This document shows, in pieces, positions 1 to 10,636 of a stretch of DNA of 36,928 bases. The notes beneath the pieces were generated by a model. That model made no database searches. It was not told the DNA's origin and saw only the letters and a program-made list of their open reading frames with translations. Made by a program: the position numbers and the translations under genes. Origin of the DNA: Octopus bimaculoides (taxonomy: Eukaryota); contig NC_068986.1 of assembly GCF_001194135.2 (NCBI RefSeq), positions 82,304,446-82,341,373 on the forward strand, in the 5' to 3' direction. The first letter of the stretch is position 1, and every line of letters starts with the position of its first letter.

Positions 1-307
1 GTGCAAGTGGCTGAGCACTCCACAGACACGTGTACCCTTAACGTAGTTCTTGGGGATATTCAGCGTGACACAGTGTGACAAGGCTGACCCTTTGAATTAC
101 AGGCACAACAGAAACAGGAAGTAAGAGTGAGAGAAAGTTGTGGTGAAAGAGTACAGCAGGGCTTGCCACCATCCCCTGCCGGAGCCTCGTGAAGCTTTAG
201 GTGTTTTTGCTCAATAAACACTCACAACGCCCGGTCTGGGAATCGAAACCACGATCCTATGACCACGAGTCCGCTGCCCTAACCACTGGGCCATTGCGCC
301 TCCACAC
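1..307 (-). mobile_element. tRNA-derived SINE, family A, copy 1 (3' end cut by the window edge)
   Basis: The reverse complement begins GTGTGGAGGCGCAATGGCCCAGTGGTTAGGG...GGTTTCGATTCCCAG, with A-box- and B-box-like motifs. The body is nearly identical to the copies at 10832-11175 and 16539-16780. Confidence 0.9.
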
Positions 308-309
308 TA

Positions 310-1593
310 GGGTTGCTATGTATGCGAATAAAAATCCAAATTTAGGGAATGGAGCAGGTAAAATCATGGGTGCATATATTTCCTAGCGAGTAGAACTTCG
401 GAAGTAGTAATTATGGAAGGAGGGTTACTCCACTAGCTACTCATCAAGCTGAAGATACCTTAATTAGATGAAGGTTACATTATCGCCAAAGGATCCAAAT
501 TAACTCGCAGAGATTTGATCGAAAATGAGTGGAAAGCACGGAGAGAACAAAAAGAAAAAAGAAATAGGATATGGAAGTGGGCAAATGTCTAAAGTAATTA
601 ATAAAAAGAAAAGGAGAGGGGGAAGAGTAGAGGAAAAAATTTGGTAAGATGGAAATTGGCTAGAGGAAGGTCTTTGTGAAAATAGACTGGGAATATTTAC
701 TATGTCAACTGTAAATAAATAAATAAATATACTGTGACACCCGTGTATATACATTTAAACAGAATCGAAGAAAAATAGAGAGAAAGTATCTCAGAGGTAA
801 GAATACCAGGAGGAGAAGGGAAAGAGAAAATTTAGGGGTGGTAGTAAGCTGGAATTTGTTACGAGAATAGAGGGAGGAAGAATGGGGTGGGATATAATGT
901 TTCTGATCAATTGGGGAACATAGTAGTTCTTAGTAAATTGGTAGTTTATCACTTAACAGTAAAACTATACAAATGCTTAGTAGTGCGCACGCGCACGCGC
1001 ATATTTTCTTTGTGCACTTGTAGTATCTTATAGGTGTGCATGCTCGAGTTGGCACCTGCATATGCTCATGTGTTGAAGGAATGTGTAGGGAGATAACGAG
1101 GTTAAGAAAAAATATCAGATATAAAAATATAAAGGTAGTTAAAAAGTTGTCTTCAAGTGGGGGCGGAGGAATAGATAGGGAATAACAGGAGAGGGCATTA
1201 TTAATTGTACTTTGAGAATGCGTTGCATAATCGGTGTTTTCAATTAAAAATTATATAGTTATATTCATTCAGACAGTTGGTAGATTGCATAACAGAGAAC
1301 ACTTCGGCCATACACAGATCACATTTGTTGCTATAGCCGTTATACCATTTAGCATGGGTAACTAAGAACTATTTTAAATTGTATAGAACTGAATCTTTTT
1401 TTAGGTTATGAATTAGCCGAGATAAATAAGTGCCGTTAGTTGTCGCTTGGGATTTGAAGCTAAAATAGTGGTTACGCTCTCTGACTTTGAAGGTGGTGCT
1501 ACACGAGCCGATGTATACATAATTGGAATTCTCAACAGGTACCGTGCATCTGTATACAGTATTTTTTTGAGACATCTATTATCTAAAGGACTA
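310..1593 (-). mobile_element. 5'-truncated Penelope-like element (PLE): GIY-YIG endonuclease remnant plus a long pyrimidine-rich 3' UTR/terminal repeat
   Basis: The GIY-YIG reading frame on the minus strand ends at ~1201. About 900 nt of pyrimidine-rich UTR follow, ending in a segment (373-463) that recurs inverted at 1592-1680. Confidence 0.75.
1201..1593 (-). pseudogene. Degenerate PLE GIY-YIG endonuclease
   Basis: Manual translation across one frameshift and one stop gives PLDNRCL-KNTVYRCTVPVENSNYVYIGSCSTTFKVRERNHYFSF...TYLSRLIHNLK...YNLK*...YNGYSNKCDLCMAE. This matches the PLE pattern CPL..C...VY.C.V...Y(I)G....F..R..NH..SF....LS..I..LK...W....C.LC..E. Confidence 0.85.
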
Positions 1594-1680
1594 AGTTGTC
1601 TTCGGCCTGATAAGTAGTGGAGTACCCATCGTTGAGTAATTACTACTTCCGAGGTTCTGCAAGCTAGAAAACATATATAG
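1592..1680 (+). repeat. Inverted copy of the PLE 3'-terminal segment (373-463)
   Basis: The reverse complement (ctagcttgcagaacctcggaagtagtaattac...tactccactacttatcaggccgaagacaactta) aligns with 382-463 (ctagcgagtagaacttcggaagtagtaatta...tactccactagctactcatcaagctgaagatacctta). It abuts the point where the GIY-YIG frame is truncated. Confidence 0.8.
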
Positions 1681-1684
1681 CCTC

Positions 1685-1738
<54 letters not shown>

Positions 1739-2899
1739 GAATACTTTAAAATTCAACAATAAAAAATGTAGACAATGATTATATTTAGAAATTATTTAAA
1801 ATTTGCCTGACAACCAATAACAGCTTGTACTGAGAGCATAACATTTTCAAGGTTATCAGTATAAACATTTCAAAAATTGTGAAATTTTATTGAAGTTCAT
1901 AAAGATTCAGGCAGCATCTCAAATGCATAAATTTGTAATTATGAAAATAAAGAAATATATGAATCAATATTAAAAAATAAATTTATAAAAATACACGAAT
2001 AAGTGTGTAAAAAAACTACAACAAACATTTAAAATATTCAAAGAAAGAAGAATGAAAAATGTAAGAATGAAAGATATATATATTTAAAATCATATGAAAA
2101 ATGCAAATTAAATGCAAAACTGAACGACACAATAAAAAATTATATTACAATGCTACTGGGCATATAAAGTTAGTTATTGTGTTATTGTAGCACCAAATAA
2201 CGATTAGGGTATGTCGAGGTTACAAACAACGATAAAAGTCTGAGTATATATGAATATTGATGCACGTTTGAAATTAGAATTTTAGGATTAGAGATTTGCA
2301 GTCTTAAACGTGAAATATGTGGTGCTAACAGTGGTAATTGTGCCGAATAGTACGGACTATGGATTGTTAGATGTAGGCATTAAAGTATGCATTATTGAAT
2401 GTAGTATACAGACATTCAGTGTTGTATAAAGTGGTCTGGGAAATTGGTCGTATAGATATTGGTGTTACTTGTTGTCATTGTTTGTGGGCATATAGATAAC
2501 ATCGTAGTCCTCCGGTTAAGTTACCCATGAATGCTAAAATGTTCCGTGCAGATTTTAAAGCTCCAGGTGGGTCCACGATGGATAATATGACCAACTCCTC
2601 TACATTATACAGGTTGCAGTATCCATCCTGGTTAAATAATTTTCCATTATCTTGTTTTTACCTTTATTGTCTAGTTGGTATTATGTTGGTATTTAAACTA
2701 CCATATGTACTTGGACAAGCTTGCACCTGTTCTTCGGCTGATATATACGAAGGAGGGCACCTGCTACTAGAATATTTAGATTTGAAAGTCATCTCGGTTA
2801 AACTGATGTGAGAGATTTGGTTGTTTTTGTTGTAATCAAAAACAACTGCGTCGTAGACTGCTAATTTTTTAGGCTTAGATTGTCGGAGGTAACAATTTG

Positions 2900-3575
2900 A
2901 AGGGTTGTTGAAGTTATATGTTGCAAAGATGTTTGTTCTGATAGAACGTGATAGATTTTTGGTGTTGATATTTGTTATACGTCAGGCGAAGTTAGGTCTG
3001 CAGTTGTAACTTAATTTAATGATGTTTCTGTTAATTATTTTAAGACTTCTTTGATTGGTGAGGAAAAGTTTTGTATTGAACCGAATAACTCAGTGTTGCA
3101 TTTAGCCTAACATTGAGATTAATGGAGGAGGACAAATAGAACGTAGAATTTTGCGTGTACGTTGTTTATGGAGGTTTCTTTTGCTTGCGGTATTTGTTAT
3201 TAATTGAATTTTCTTTTTGAAATTGCTTGATTATAAGCGTGTCATTATAATACTGAGACGACCTTGTGAAAAAGGTCTCATCTGAAGACAGTTCACAAGC
3301 GTATGCTGATAATTTTAACCAGATTCGCAATGATAGAGAACAGTGACCGGAACTTTTGTTAATGAATAAACTCTTTTGATAGATTTTCTGTAAGTAACTG
3401 TCACTGTGTAAATTCAGTGTGACACGAAAACAATTAACTGTGCTCAAGTGTCTACTTTTAGATTAAATTCTCTGAATCCGCAGATGAGGCTCTCTATCAA
3501 AGTTTTTAGTTCGTTACTGATCATGTTTTAGTTGCCATATCATCGCAATAGTGGTTACAATGTAAGTTACAGAAT
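2900..3575 (-). pseudogene. Degenerate PLE reverse transcriptase (catalytic YxDD, thumb, start of linker)
   Basis: Minus-strand pieces, in several frames: YCDD (3539-3550), GFREFNLKVD, TVNCFRVTLNL, LFINKSSGH, ELSSDETFFTRSSQYYNDTL, RKIL...CPPP and IINRNIIKLSYNCRPNF (2988-3038). These match PLE motifs YRDD, VNFLDVTLNL, Y+NK.SNHP, LSS.E..F....YY..AL, R.I+WFNPP and IFNRN.+K+SYSC.PN. Confidence 0.85.
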
Positions 3576-4115
3576 TTTATGTATAGTACACACAAACACA
3601 CACACACACACACATACACACACACACACACACACACANNNNNNNNNNNNNNNNNNNNNNNNNNNNNNNNNNNNNNNNNNNNNNNNNNNNNNNNNNNNNN
3701 NNNNNNNNNNNNNNNNNNNNNNNNNNNNNNNNNNNNNNNNNNNNNNNNNNNNNNNNNNNNNNNNNNNNNNNNNNNNNNNNNNNNNNNNNNNNNNNNNNNN
3801 NNNNNNNNNNNNNNNNNNNNNNNNNNNNNNNNNNNNNNNNNNNNNNNNNNNNNNNNNNNNNNNNNNNNNNNNNNNNNNNNNNNNNNNNNNNNNNNNNNNN
3901 NNNNNNNNNNNNNNNNNNNNNNNNNNNNNNNNNNNNNNNNNNNNNNNNNNNNNNNNNNNNNNNNNNNNNNNNNNNNNNNNNNNNNNNTATATATATATAT
4001 ATTAAAGAAAAACTATAAGGTCACTTGCCTGATAATGGAGATCCTCCTCTACAACGGAAATATTCACTAAAATGCCTACCCTTTCAAACGGACCTCATAG
4101 GTTGGCTTTATCATA

Positions 4116-4326
4116 TAATGGTTCATATTTTGGCACAAATCCAGAAATTTTAGATGGAGGGGATTAATCAATTACATCAGTCCAGTGCTCAAGTGGTAGA
4201 TATTATATCGAATCCTAAAGGATGAGTAGTAACGTCTGCTTCGGCGGAATTTGAATTCATAAAGAGTCAGAAATAATATCGCTAAGCATTTTGTAAGGCG
4301 TTTAACGATTCTGCCAGCTCGCCCCC
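4116..4326 (-). mobile_element. tRNA-derived SINE, family B (diverged copy, tail type ...GTGCCAAAATATGAACC)
   Basis: The reverse complement GGCGAGCTGGCAGAATCGTT...ATGCTTAGCG...GAATTCAAATTCCGCCGA...CATCCTTT matches the copies at 22335, 29726 and 31428. Confidence 0.8.
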
Positions 4327-4560
4327 TTATATCATCGTATAATAAAAAATCGGATATTTGTTTTTTAAAAAAAAGTTTTGCTTCTACATTTCTCGTTGAT
4401 TTATTATTTCTTCCCGACTGTTATGGTAGAGAGAAGATAATGCAGCGAAACATATGAAAAAAATAGTTGTTTAATAAATATATTATGACAGTGGTGAAGA
4501 AAATATTAGAGGATAGCAACAAAACTACTTTTTCGTGATGATGATGATGATGATGATGAA

Positions 4561-4617
<57 letters not shown>

Positions 4618-4966
4618 GAAGAACAAGAACAACATAAATGTAATAGTGATGGACATAGCAATAACAAAAAGAACAAGAACAGTATCATTATAATAAATAT
4701 AACTAAAGCAACAATAACAACAATAATAATAGCCATCTTAACCGCAATATCACAACGATAACAACACCAATGACTTTCTTTCGAATATAATATAGATATT
4801 TGTGGGTGTGTGGGTATGTATGTTTTAGTATGTGTGCTTGTGGAAGCGTCGTACCAAAATGCGAGCACAGCTCGAACGTAGGTCGTACTGAAAGACAATC
4901 ACAGCTAATAAGAATTGTGTTCTGGCCCCCAAATGAGAAACCTAATTTTTGATGATATATATATAT

Positions 4967-5619
4967 ATGAGCAAAAATGGAGAAAACTTTTGAAACAGAA
5001 ACAAATTGACTACCATCGGTTAAATATTTTTTAATACAAATCTTGAACATTGCTTACAGCCGTTTCTGCTGCCAATGTCAGTCGGTGCTGCCAAAGAAAA
5101 TTGTGAGAATAATATTCGTCACCTTTATAGCACACCCGATCTAATACATGGAGCTTCATCACAGTGAATACAAATACATAAAATAATAGAAGTGGAAAGA
5201 GAAAAAGAACAGGGCCTCGAGATGAGGAAAGAAGGCTTAATCAATTAGAATCATACCATTTTGCGGTGTAAAGCTTGAAGTCGATGAGAAAAAAAGAAAA
5301 AACTTTACACTGCAAAATGGTATGATTCTAATTGATTAAGTCTTCTTTCCTCATCTCGAGGCTCTGTTCTTTCCTCTTTCCTCTTCTCTTCTTTTCTTTT
5401 CTTTTATGTATTTGTATTCACTCTGATGAAGCTCCATGTACTAGATCGGATGTGCTATAAAGGTGACGAATATTATTCTCATAATTTTCTTTGGCGGCAC
5501 CGATTGACATTGGTAGCAGAAACGGCTGTAAGCAATGTTCAAGTTTTGTATTAAAAAATATTTAACCGATGGTAGTCAATTTCTTTGTTGATCAAAAGTT
5601 TTCTCTATTTTCTGCTCAT
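4967..5619. repeat. Long foldback palindrome: arms 4967-5273 and 5303-5619, 29-nt spacer
   Basis: The arms are reverse complements over ~310 nt. By eye there are about 20 differences plus an indel in a pyrimidine tract, i.e. roughly 93% identity. Confidence 0.95.
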
Positions 5620-6388
5620 TTCAAATTTGATTCCTGATAAACTCTCGTTTATTCTGTTATTACGTGTACCATATGTGCATAGTATGCGTGCATACCCATG
5701 CCCAGGGTTAACATAGGTAATTTAAACTGGTAGTAACAACGGATATTCTTATCCCTTAGACGGTTATTCCAACCGCTAACTCTACTTACCTATATATNNN
5801 NNNNNNNNNNNNNNNNNNNNNNNNNNNNNNNNNNNNNNNNNNNNNNNNNNNNNNNNNNNNNNNNNNNNNNNNNNNNNNNNNNNNNNNNNNNNNNNNNNNN
5901 NNNNNNNNNNNNNNNNNNNNNNNNNNNNNNNNNNNNNNNNNNNNNNNNNNNNNNNNNNNNNNNNNNNNNNNNNNNNNNNNNNNNNNNNNNNNNNNNNNNN
6001 NNNNNNNNNNNNNNNNNNNNNNNNNNNNNNNNNNNNNNNNNNNNNNNNNNNNNNNNNNNNNNNNNNNNNNNNNNNNNNNNNNNNNNNNNNNNNNNNNNNN
6101 NNNNNNNNNNNNNNNNNNNNNNNNNNNNNNNNNNNNNNNNNNNNNNNNNNNNNNNNNNNNNNNNNNNNNNNNNNNNNNNNNNNNNNNNNNNNNNNNNNNN
6201 NNNNNNNNNNNNNNNNNNNNNNNNNNNNNNNNNNNNNNNNNNNNNNNNNNNNNNNNNNNNNNNNNNNNNNNNNNNNNNNNNNNNNNNNNNNNNNNNNNNN
6301 NNNNNNNNNNNNNNNNNNNNNNNNNNNNNNNNNNNNNNNNNNNNNNNNNNNNNNNNNNNNNNNNNNNNNNNNNNNNNNNNNNNNNNNN

Positions 6389-6547
6389 ACGGCGGGCCTT
6401 TTCAGTTTCCAATTACCAAATCCACTACAAAGCTTTGGTCGGCCCGAGGCCATAGTAGAAAACACTCGCCCAAAGTGTCACGGGGTAGGACTGAACCCGG
6501 AACCATGTGGTTGGGAAGCAAGTTTCTTACCATACAGCCACCCCTGC
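6389..6547 (-). mobile_element. SINE family C (CORE-like) 5' part, running into a gap
   Basis: The reverse complement GCAGGGGTGGCTGTATGGTAAG...CCACATGGTTCCGGGTTCAGTCC...CACTTTGGGCGAGTGTTTTCTACTATGGCCTCGGGCCGACCAAAGC matches 17658 and 22972. CACCTTGGGCAAGT resembles the MIR/CORE GACCTTGGGCAAGT motif. Confidence 0.85.
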
Positions 6548-6615
6548 TAAACTATGAAAGTTGTGTTGTTTCAGTGTACAGTACATGGCTGTTTCTTTGA
6601 TGTGTGCAATATAAT

Positions 6616-6832
6616 GAGCTGTCAGAGCGTCGGATAAAATACAAATGCCTTCTGAGTAACTATTCCCGTGTTCAGTGGTCTGAGTCTCAATCCGGTCGAG
6701 GTTAACTGTCTTTCAACGATAAAATAGAGTGTCAGTCCCGGGCGATAGATTAGCAGAATTGTTAGAGCGATGGAGAGATGCCTTATGATATTTATTCTAG
6801 CTTTGTGCGTTATGTTTTTCAAAGTCCTGCCT
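6616..6832 (+). mobile_element. Two tandem, heavily diverged family B SINE heads (6616-6740 and 6741-6832)
   Basis: The first has GAGCTGTCAGAGCGTCGGA...AAATGCCTT...TCTGAGTCTCAATCCGGTCGAGGTTAACT...CGATAAAATA. The second has TAGCAGAATTGTTAGAGCG...ATGCCTT...GATATTT...TTCAAAGTCCTGCC. Confidence 0.55.
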
Positions 6833-7384
6833 GGACCGCCATTACAAAGGAGTAAATTTTCTGGGTGGACAAAGAAAACAGAACAAAAAAAAAATAGGCT
6901 AGGAACTCAAATGAGTTTACATCTTTAGTGCGTAAGAACTCTGTTAGGACACACAAAGATATCAATAGATAACGATGACGGAGATGTCGTTGATGACGAT
7001 GATGACTACGAGGAAGACGAGGATGACAGTGCCGACGGTAATGGGGGCGGTGGCGGCGGTGGCGGCGGCGGCAGCGGCAACGACAACAACAGTGAGGATG
7101 GTCGTGGCGATGACTGTGACGTTAATTGTTAAGGTGATGTGAATTACGACGATGAAGATGATGACGTGATTAAAATAGACTAAATACTCAGGGATGGATT
7201 GAGGAATATCCTCAAGTCCATTTCCATGGAAATAGTGAATGTCTGGTGTGAAGGTTTTAGGTTATTACAGAGTGAAGAGTGGCAATCGTCTACTTAAGAT
7301 TTGACGTACAGCACACATGGCAACATACCAACCGGCAAGTATTCTCGAACCAATCAGCGTGCAACTACATTATCATTCCAGCCA

Positions 7385-7500
7385 ACAAGAAACACAGTGA
7401 CATTTCCCTTAAATCACATCCACCTTCTTAGAAACGGAAAGATACTGAATAGGGCAGAGTTATCGTAGTTGGAACGTCTTTAAACATAAAACTATTGCAA
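7385..7500 (+). mobile_element. Old dispersed repeat, family D (diverged copy)
   Basis: It shares ATTTCCCTTAAATCACA...TCTTAGAAA and GTTGGAACGTCTTTAAACATA with the other family D copies. Confidence 0.45.
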
Positions 7501-8071
7501 AAACATGGAAATTACTACCACACTTTAGTGCTACTGTATTTATCCAGCAGAGCTTTGCGTTTCGTATATTTTTAAAGAAACGGTCATCTTTTAATATCAC
7601 CTTTGATAACATCTGAAATGTAACATTTTCTCAAAAACTTGGGGCGAAGGTACGAACGTTGCCATTGAAAATCGAACCAATCTTAAATAATTTATTTTCT
7701 ATCACGGTTTGTTGCCGTTCTAAAACCAATTTATTAATTAATTTATTTATTTATTCTTCTTCCTTTGATGTCTAAATCGAAGAGCCGTTACCTCCAAAGT
7801 GTTAATAAAGGCTTTTCGCTTCAATAACGTATTTTTGTCAAAGGTGACTTCATTGCAATAAACGTCAACATTCTCGGCTCTATTTTACTAATGTGAATAT
7901 TTTTTTTAATAGCGTCAAAAATAACAAACAAGAAAGAAATAAATGTGTTAATTGTTAAATGAAATAAACGAATTCAAACAATGTTTTGATCCAACAAGAA
8001 AGCTATTTTCTGAAAATATAATAAAGAACACTTCATTGAATGAGAGAGAAAGAAAGAGATAGGAAGAGATA

Positions 8072-8111
<40 letters not shown>

Positions 8112-9053
8112 GTGTATTATGTGTGTGCATCTGTATGTGTGTGAATGTATCAGTCTGTGTGTGTGTGTTTGTGTGTGTGTTTGTTAATGTATAAATATGT
8201 ATGTGTGCATATACGTGTGTTTTAGAGTTTCTTCTTTTCCCTCTTATTTGAAAACTAATATAAAATTTCAATTTAGGCAAGGATAATCTGAAAAGAGACT
8301 AGTGTGATGATGGTCTCTGGGTAATTTGTCGGTAAAACTGGCTACATCTGTGTCAAATTGCCTAGATTAACAAATACTGAAGCAAAAACCACCATTTTTG
8401 TAATAGGATGATCAAAGGAGGTGTTATAGAATATTGCTGACAAGAAAACAAAACCAAAATAGAAAACAGAAAACCTATATATATATATATATGTGTGTGT
8501 GAGTGTGTGTGTGTGTGCGTGTGTGTGTGTGTGTGTGTGTATTGGCGTGTGCGTTTTTGGTTGGTAGTGGGTAGGAGAGGTTGTTAAAGAGAAGAGGCAA
8601 GAGATTTTTGCTGAAGTGAAATGTCTATTTTCTAGTAATAATGAAAGAAGAGGAGGAAGGAGGAGAAGAATGATATAAAGAAATACTGTGAGATGTTGGA
8701 GGCAATAGGGAGAGAGAGAGTGAGANNNNNNNNNNNNNNNNNNNNNNNNNNNNNNNNNNNNNNNNNNNNNNNNNNNNNNNNNNNNNNNNNNNNNNNNNNN
8801 NNNNNNNNNNNNNNNNNNNNNNNNNNNNNNNNNNNNNNNNNNNNNNNNNNNNNNNNNNNNNNNNNNNNNNNNNNNNNNNNNNNNNNNNNNNNNNNNNNNN
8901 NNNNNNNNNNNNNNNNNNNNNNNNNNNNNNNNNNNNNNNNNNNNNNNNNNNNNNNNNNNNNNNNNNNNNNNNNNNNNNNNNNNNNNNNNNNNNNNNNNAT
9001 GTGTTTTGAAGGTTATTTTATATATATATATATATATAGTTATTGCAATCGTT

Positions 9054-9105
<52 letters not shown>

Positions 9106-9142
9106 ATGGTGATGACGCTGATGATAGTGATGATGATAATGA

Positions 9143-9185
<43 letters not shown>

Positions 9186-9431
9186 ATGATGATGATGACG
9201 AATGTTATTAGTTTTCCGAATTAGTAATTACGTCGCCAGCAAATCGGTTTCGGTTTCGGTTCTCTCCAGTAGCACTTATCGACACTTAAACACCATCAAT
9301 ATGCTTGCGAAAAGTATGAAGGCCACAACTTCCTATTCCCGTCCTTCTAAACGTGATGGAGTATTATTGCATGCAAAATTATTTGTTGTTGTTGCTGTTG
9401 TTTTTGTTGTTGTTGTTGTTGTTGTTGTTTT

Positions 9432-9478
<47 letters not shown>

Positions 9479-9550
9479 CGCAGCAGCAGCAGAAGCAGTA
9501 GTAGTAGTAGTAGTAGTAGTAGTAGTCGCAGCAGCAACAGCAGCAGCAGC

Positions 9551-9605
<55 letters not shown>

Positions 9606-9743
9606 CAGTTGGTTGGTTTGTAATATCGACCAGCGAATCCCTTTTTCATCAGAGTTCCATCTCTGTTATACTTAATCTTGTCTTCTAGTCTTGTGAAAAT
9701 TGACACTATTAATATCAGTTGTCGCTGTTGTTGTTGTTGTTTG

Positions 9744-9906
9744 GTCGCACGACCTACTAGAAACAACAGCCAAAACTCACTTGTATATATGAGAAAAAAG
9801 ACAAAATAGTAACAACTGATATGTCTTTGATTATAGGTTTGCTCATTTGAAGCTGACCAAGGGTTGAGAAACAATAATAACAACAACAACAGCAACAGCA
9901 ACAACG

Positions 9907-9938
<32 letters not shown>

Positions 9939-10145
9939 AACAACAACAACAACAACCATAAACCAGAATTACTATAGCAATTCACCCACGTGGGAAATTC
10001 GAAGCAGTGGCTTTGCTTACCAGAAATAGTAACCAACTTTTGCTCAAATCACATCACATTATTTTTTAAAAAAACATGGAACACATTGAATGATAATGTG
10101 GTCTTAGGCTATAACCATATTGCTCTACTCGGGGTTAAATAACAA
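9744..10145 (+). mobile_element. Two family D copies (9744-9875 and ~10018-10145), each ending in an (AAC)n tract; a probable inverted copy lies at ~9605-9725
   Basis: Motifs: GACCTACTAGAAACAACAGCCAAA, GTCTTTGATTATAGGTTTGCTC...GCTGACC, AGAAATAGTAACCAA...CTCAAATCACA, CACATTG...ATAATGTGGTC and GGGGTTAAATAACAACAGC. Confidence 0.6.
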
Positions 10146-10413
10146 CAGCAACCACTATCACTGCTATCACTACCACCCACACCACAACGTTAGCAACACT
10201 TCAACACTAACAACATTACCACTACAATTGCTACTCGACCCAACACCACAGCACCAGTACACACTACCGCACCAGCATCACTTCAAACACACACCCCCCA
10301 CACACACATACACAACGCCACACTAGAACCACACCGCTACCGATGTGCCACGCCACCACCACCACCACCACATTGCACGATTAGTCACAAAGGAAACTTC
10401 TACGTGGTTACGG

Positions 10414-10575
10414 GATCTACTAAAAATAGAAACTAAATCTCCCCCGTGACTCGTTGTTCTGTCTTAGAAAAAAAGCGATGGACACATTGGATAATTTAGA
10501 TTTTAAATCCGAACGGTCATGGTTCGAGTGTCTTTGATCATATGTCTGTTCATCCAAACTTCAACCCATTACTAT
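10414..10575 (+). mobile_element. Family D copy
   Basis: GATCTACTAAAAATAGAAACTAAATCTCC...TGTCTTAGAAAAAAA...GGACACATTGGATAAT...GGTCATGGTTCGAGTGTCTTTGATCATATGTCTG. Confidence 0.6.
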
Positions 10576-10636
10576 CAACACTACCAACACAACAACAACA
10601 ACACCAGAACATCACCGCTACAAGTATCCTGTACAC

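Noticed and set aside
225-305. tRNA gene at the SINE heads (also 10832 and the family B/C heads)
   Set aside because: A/B-box-like motifs are present, but I could not fold a complete cloverleaf and each head continues into a multi-copy SINE body.
5420-5475. Canonical hammerhead at CTGATGAAGCTCC...GACGAAT
   Set aside because: Stem II does not pair cleanly, GAAA reads GAAT and no stem I partner was found. It is kept only as a resemblance within the foldback finding.
6970-7170. Acidic/Gly-rich coding island (also 18630-18790 and 36590-36700)
   Set aside because: These are decaying GAT/GAC/GGC trinucleotide tracts with in-frame stops nearby. The same pattern recurs across the window without exon context.
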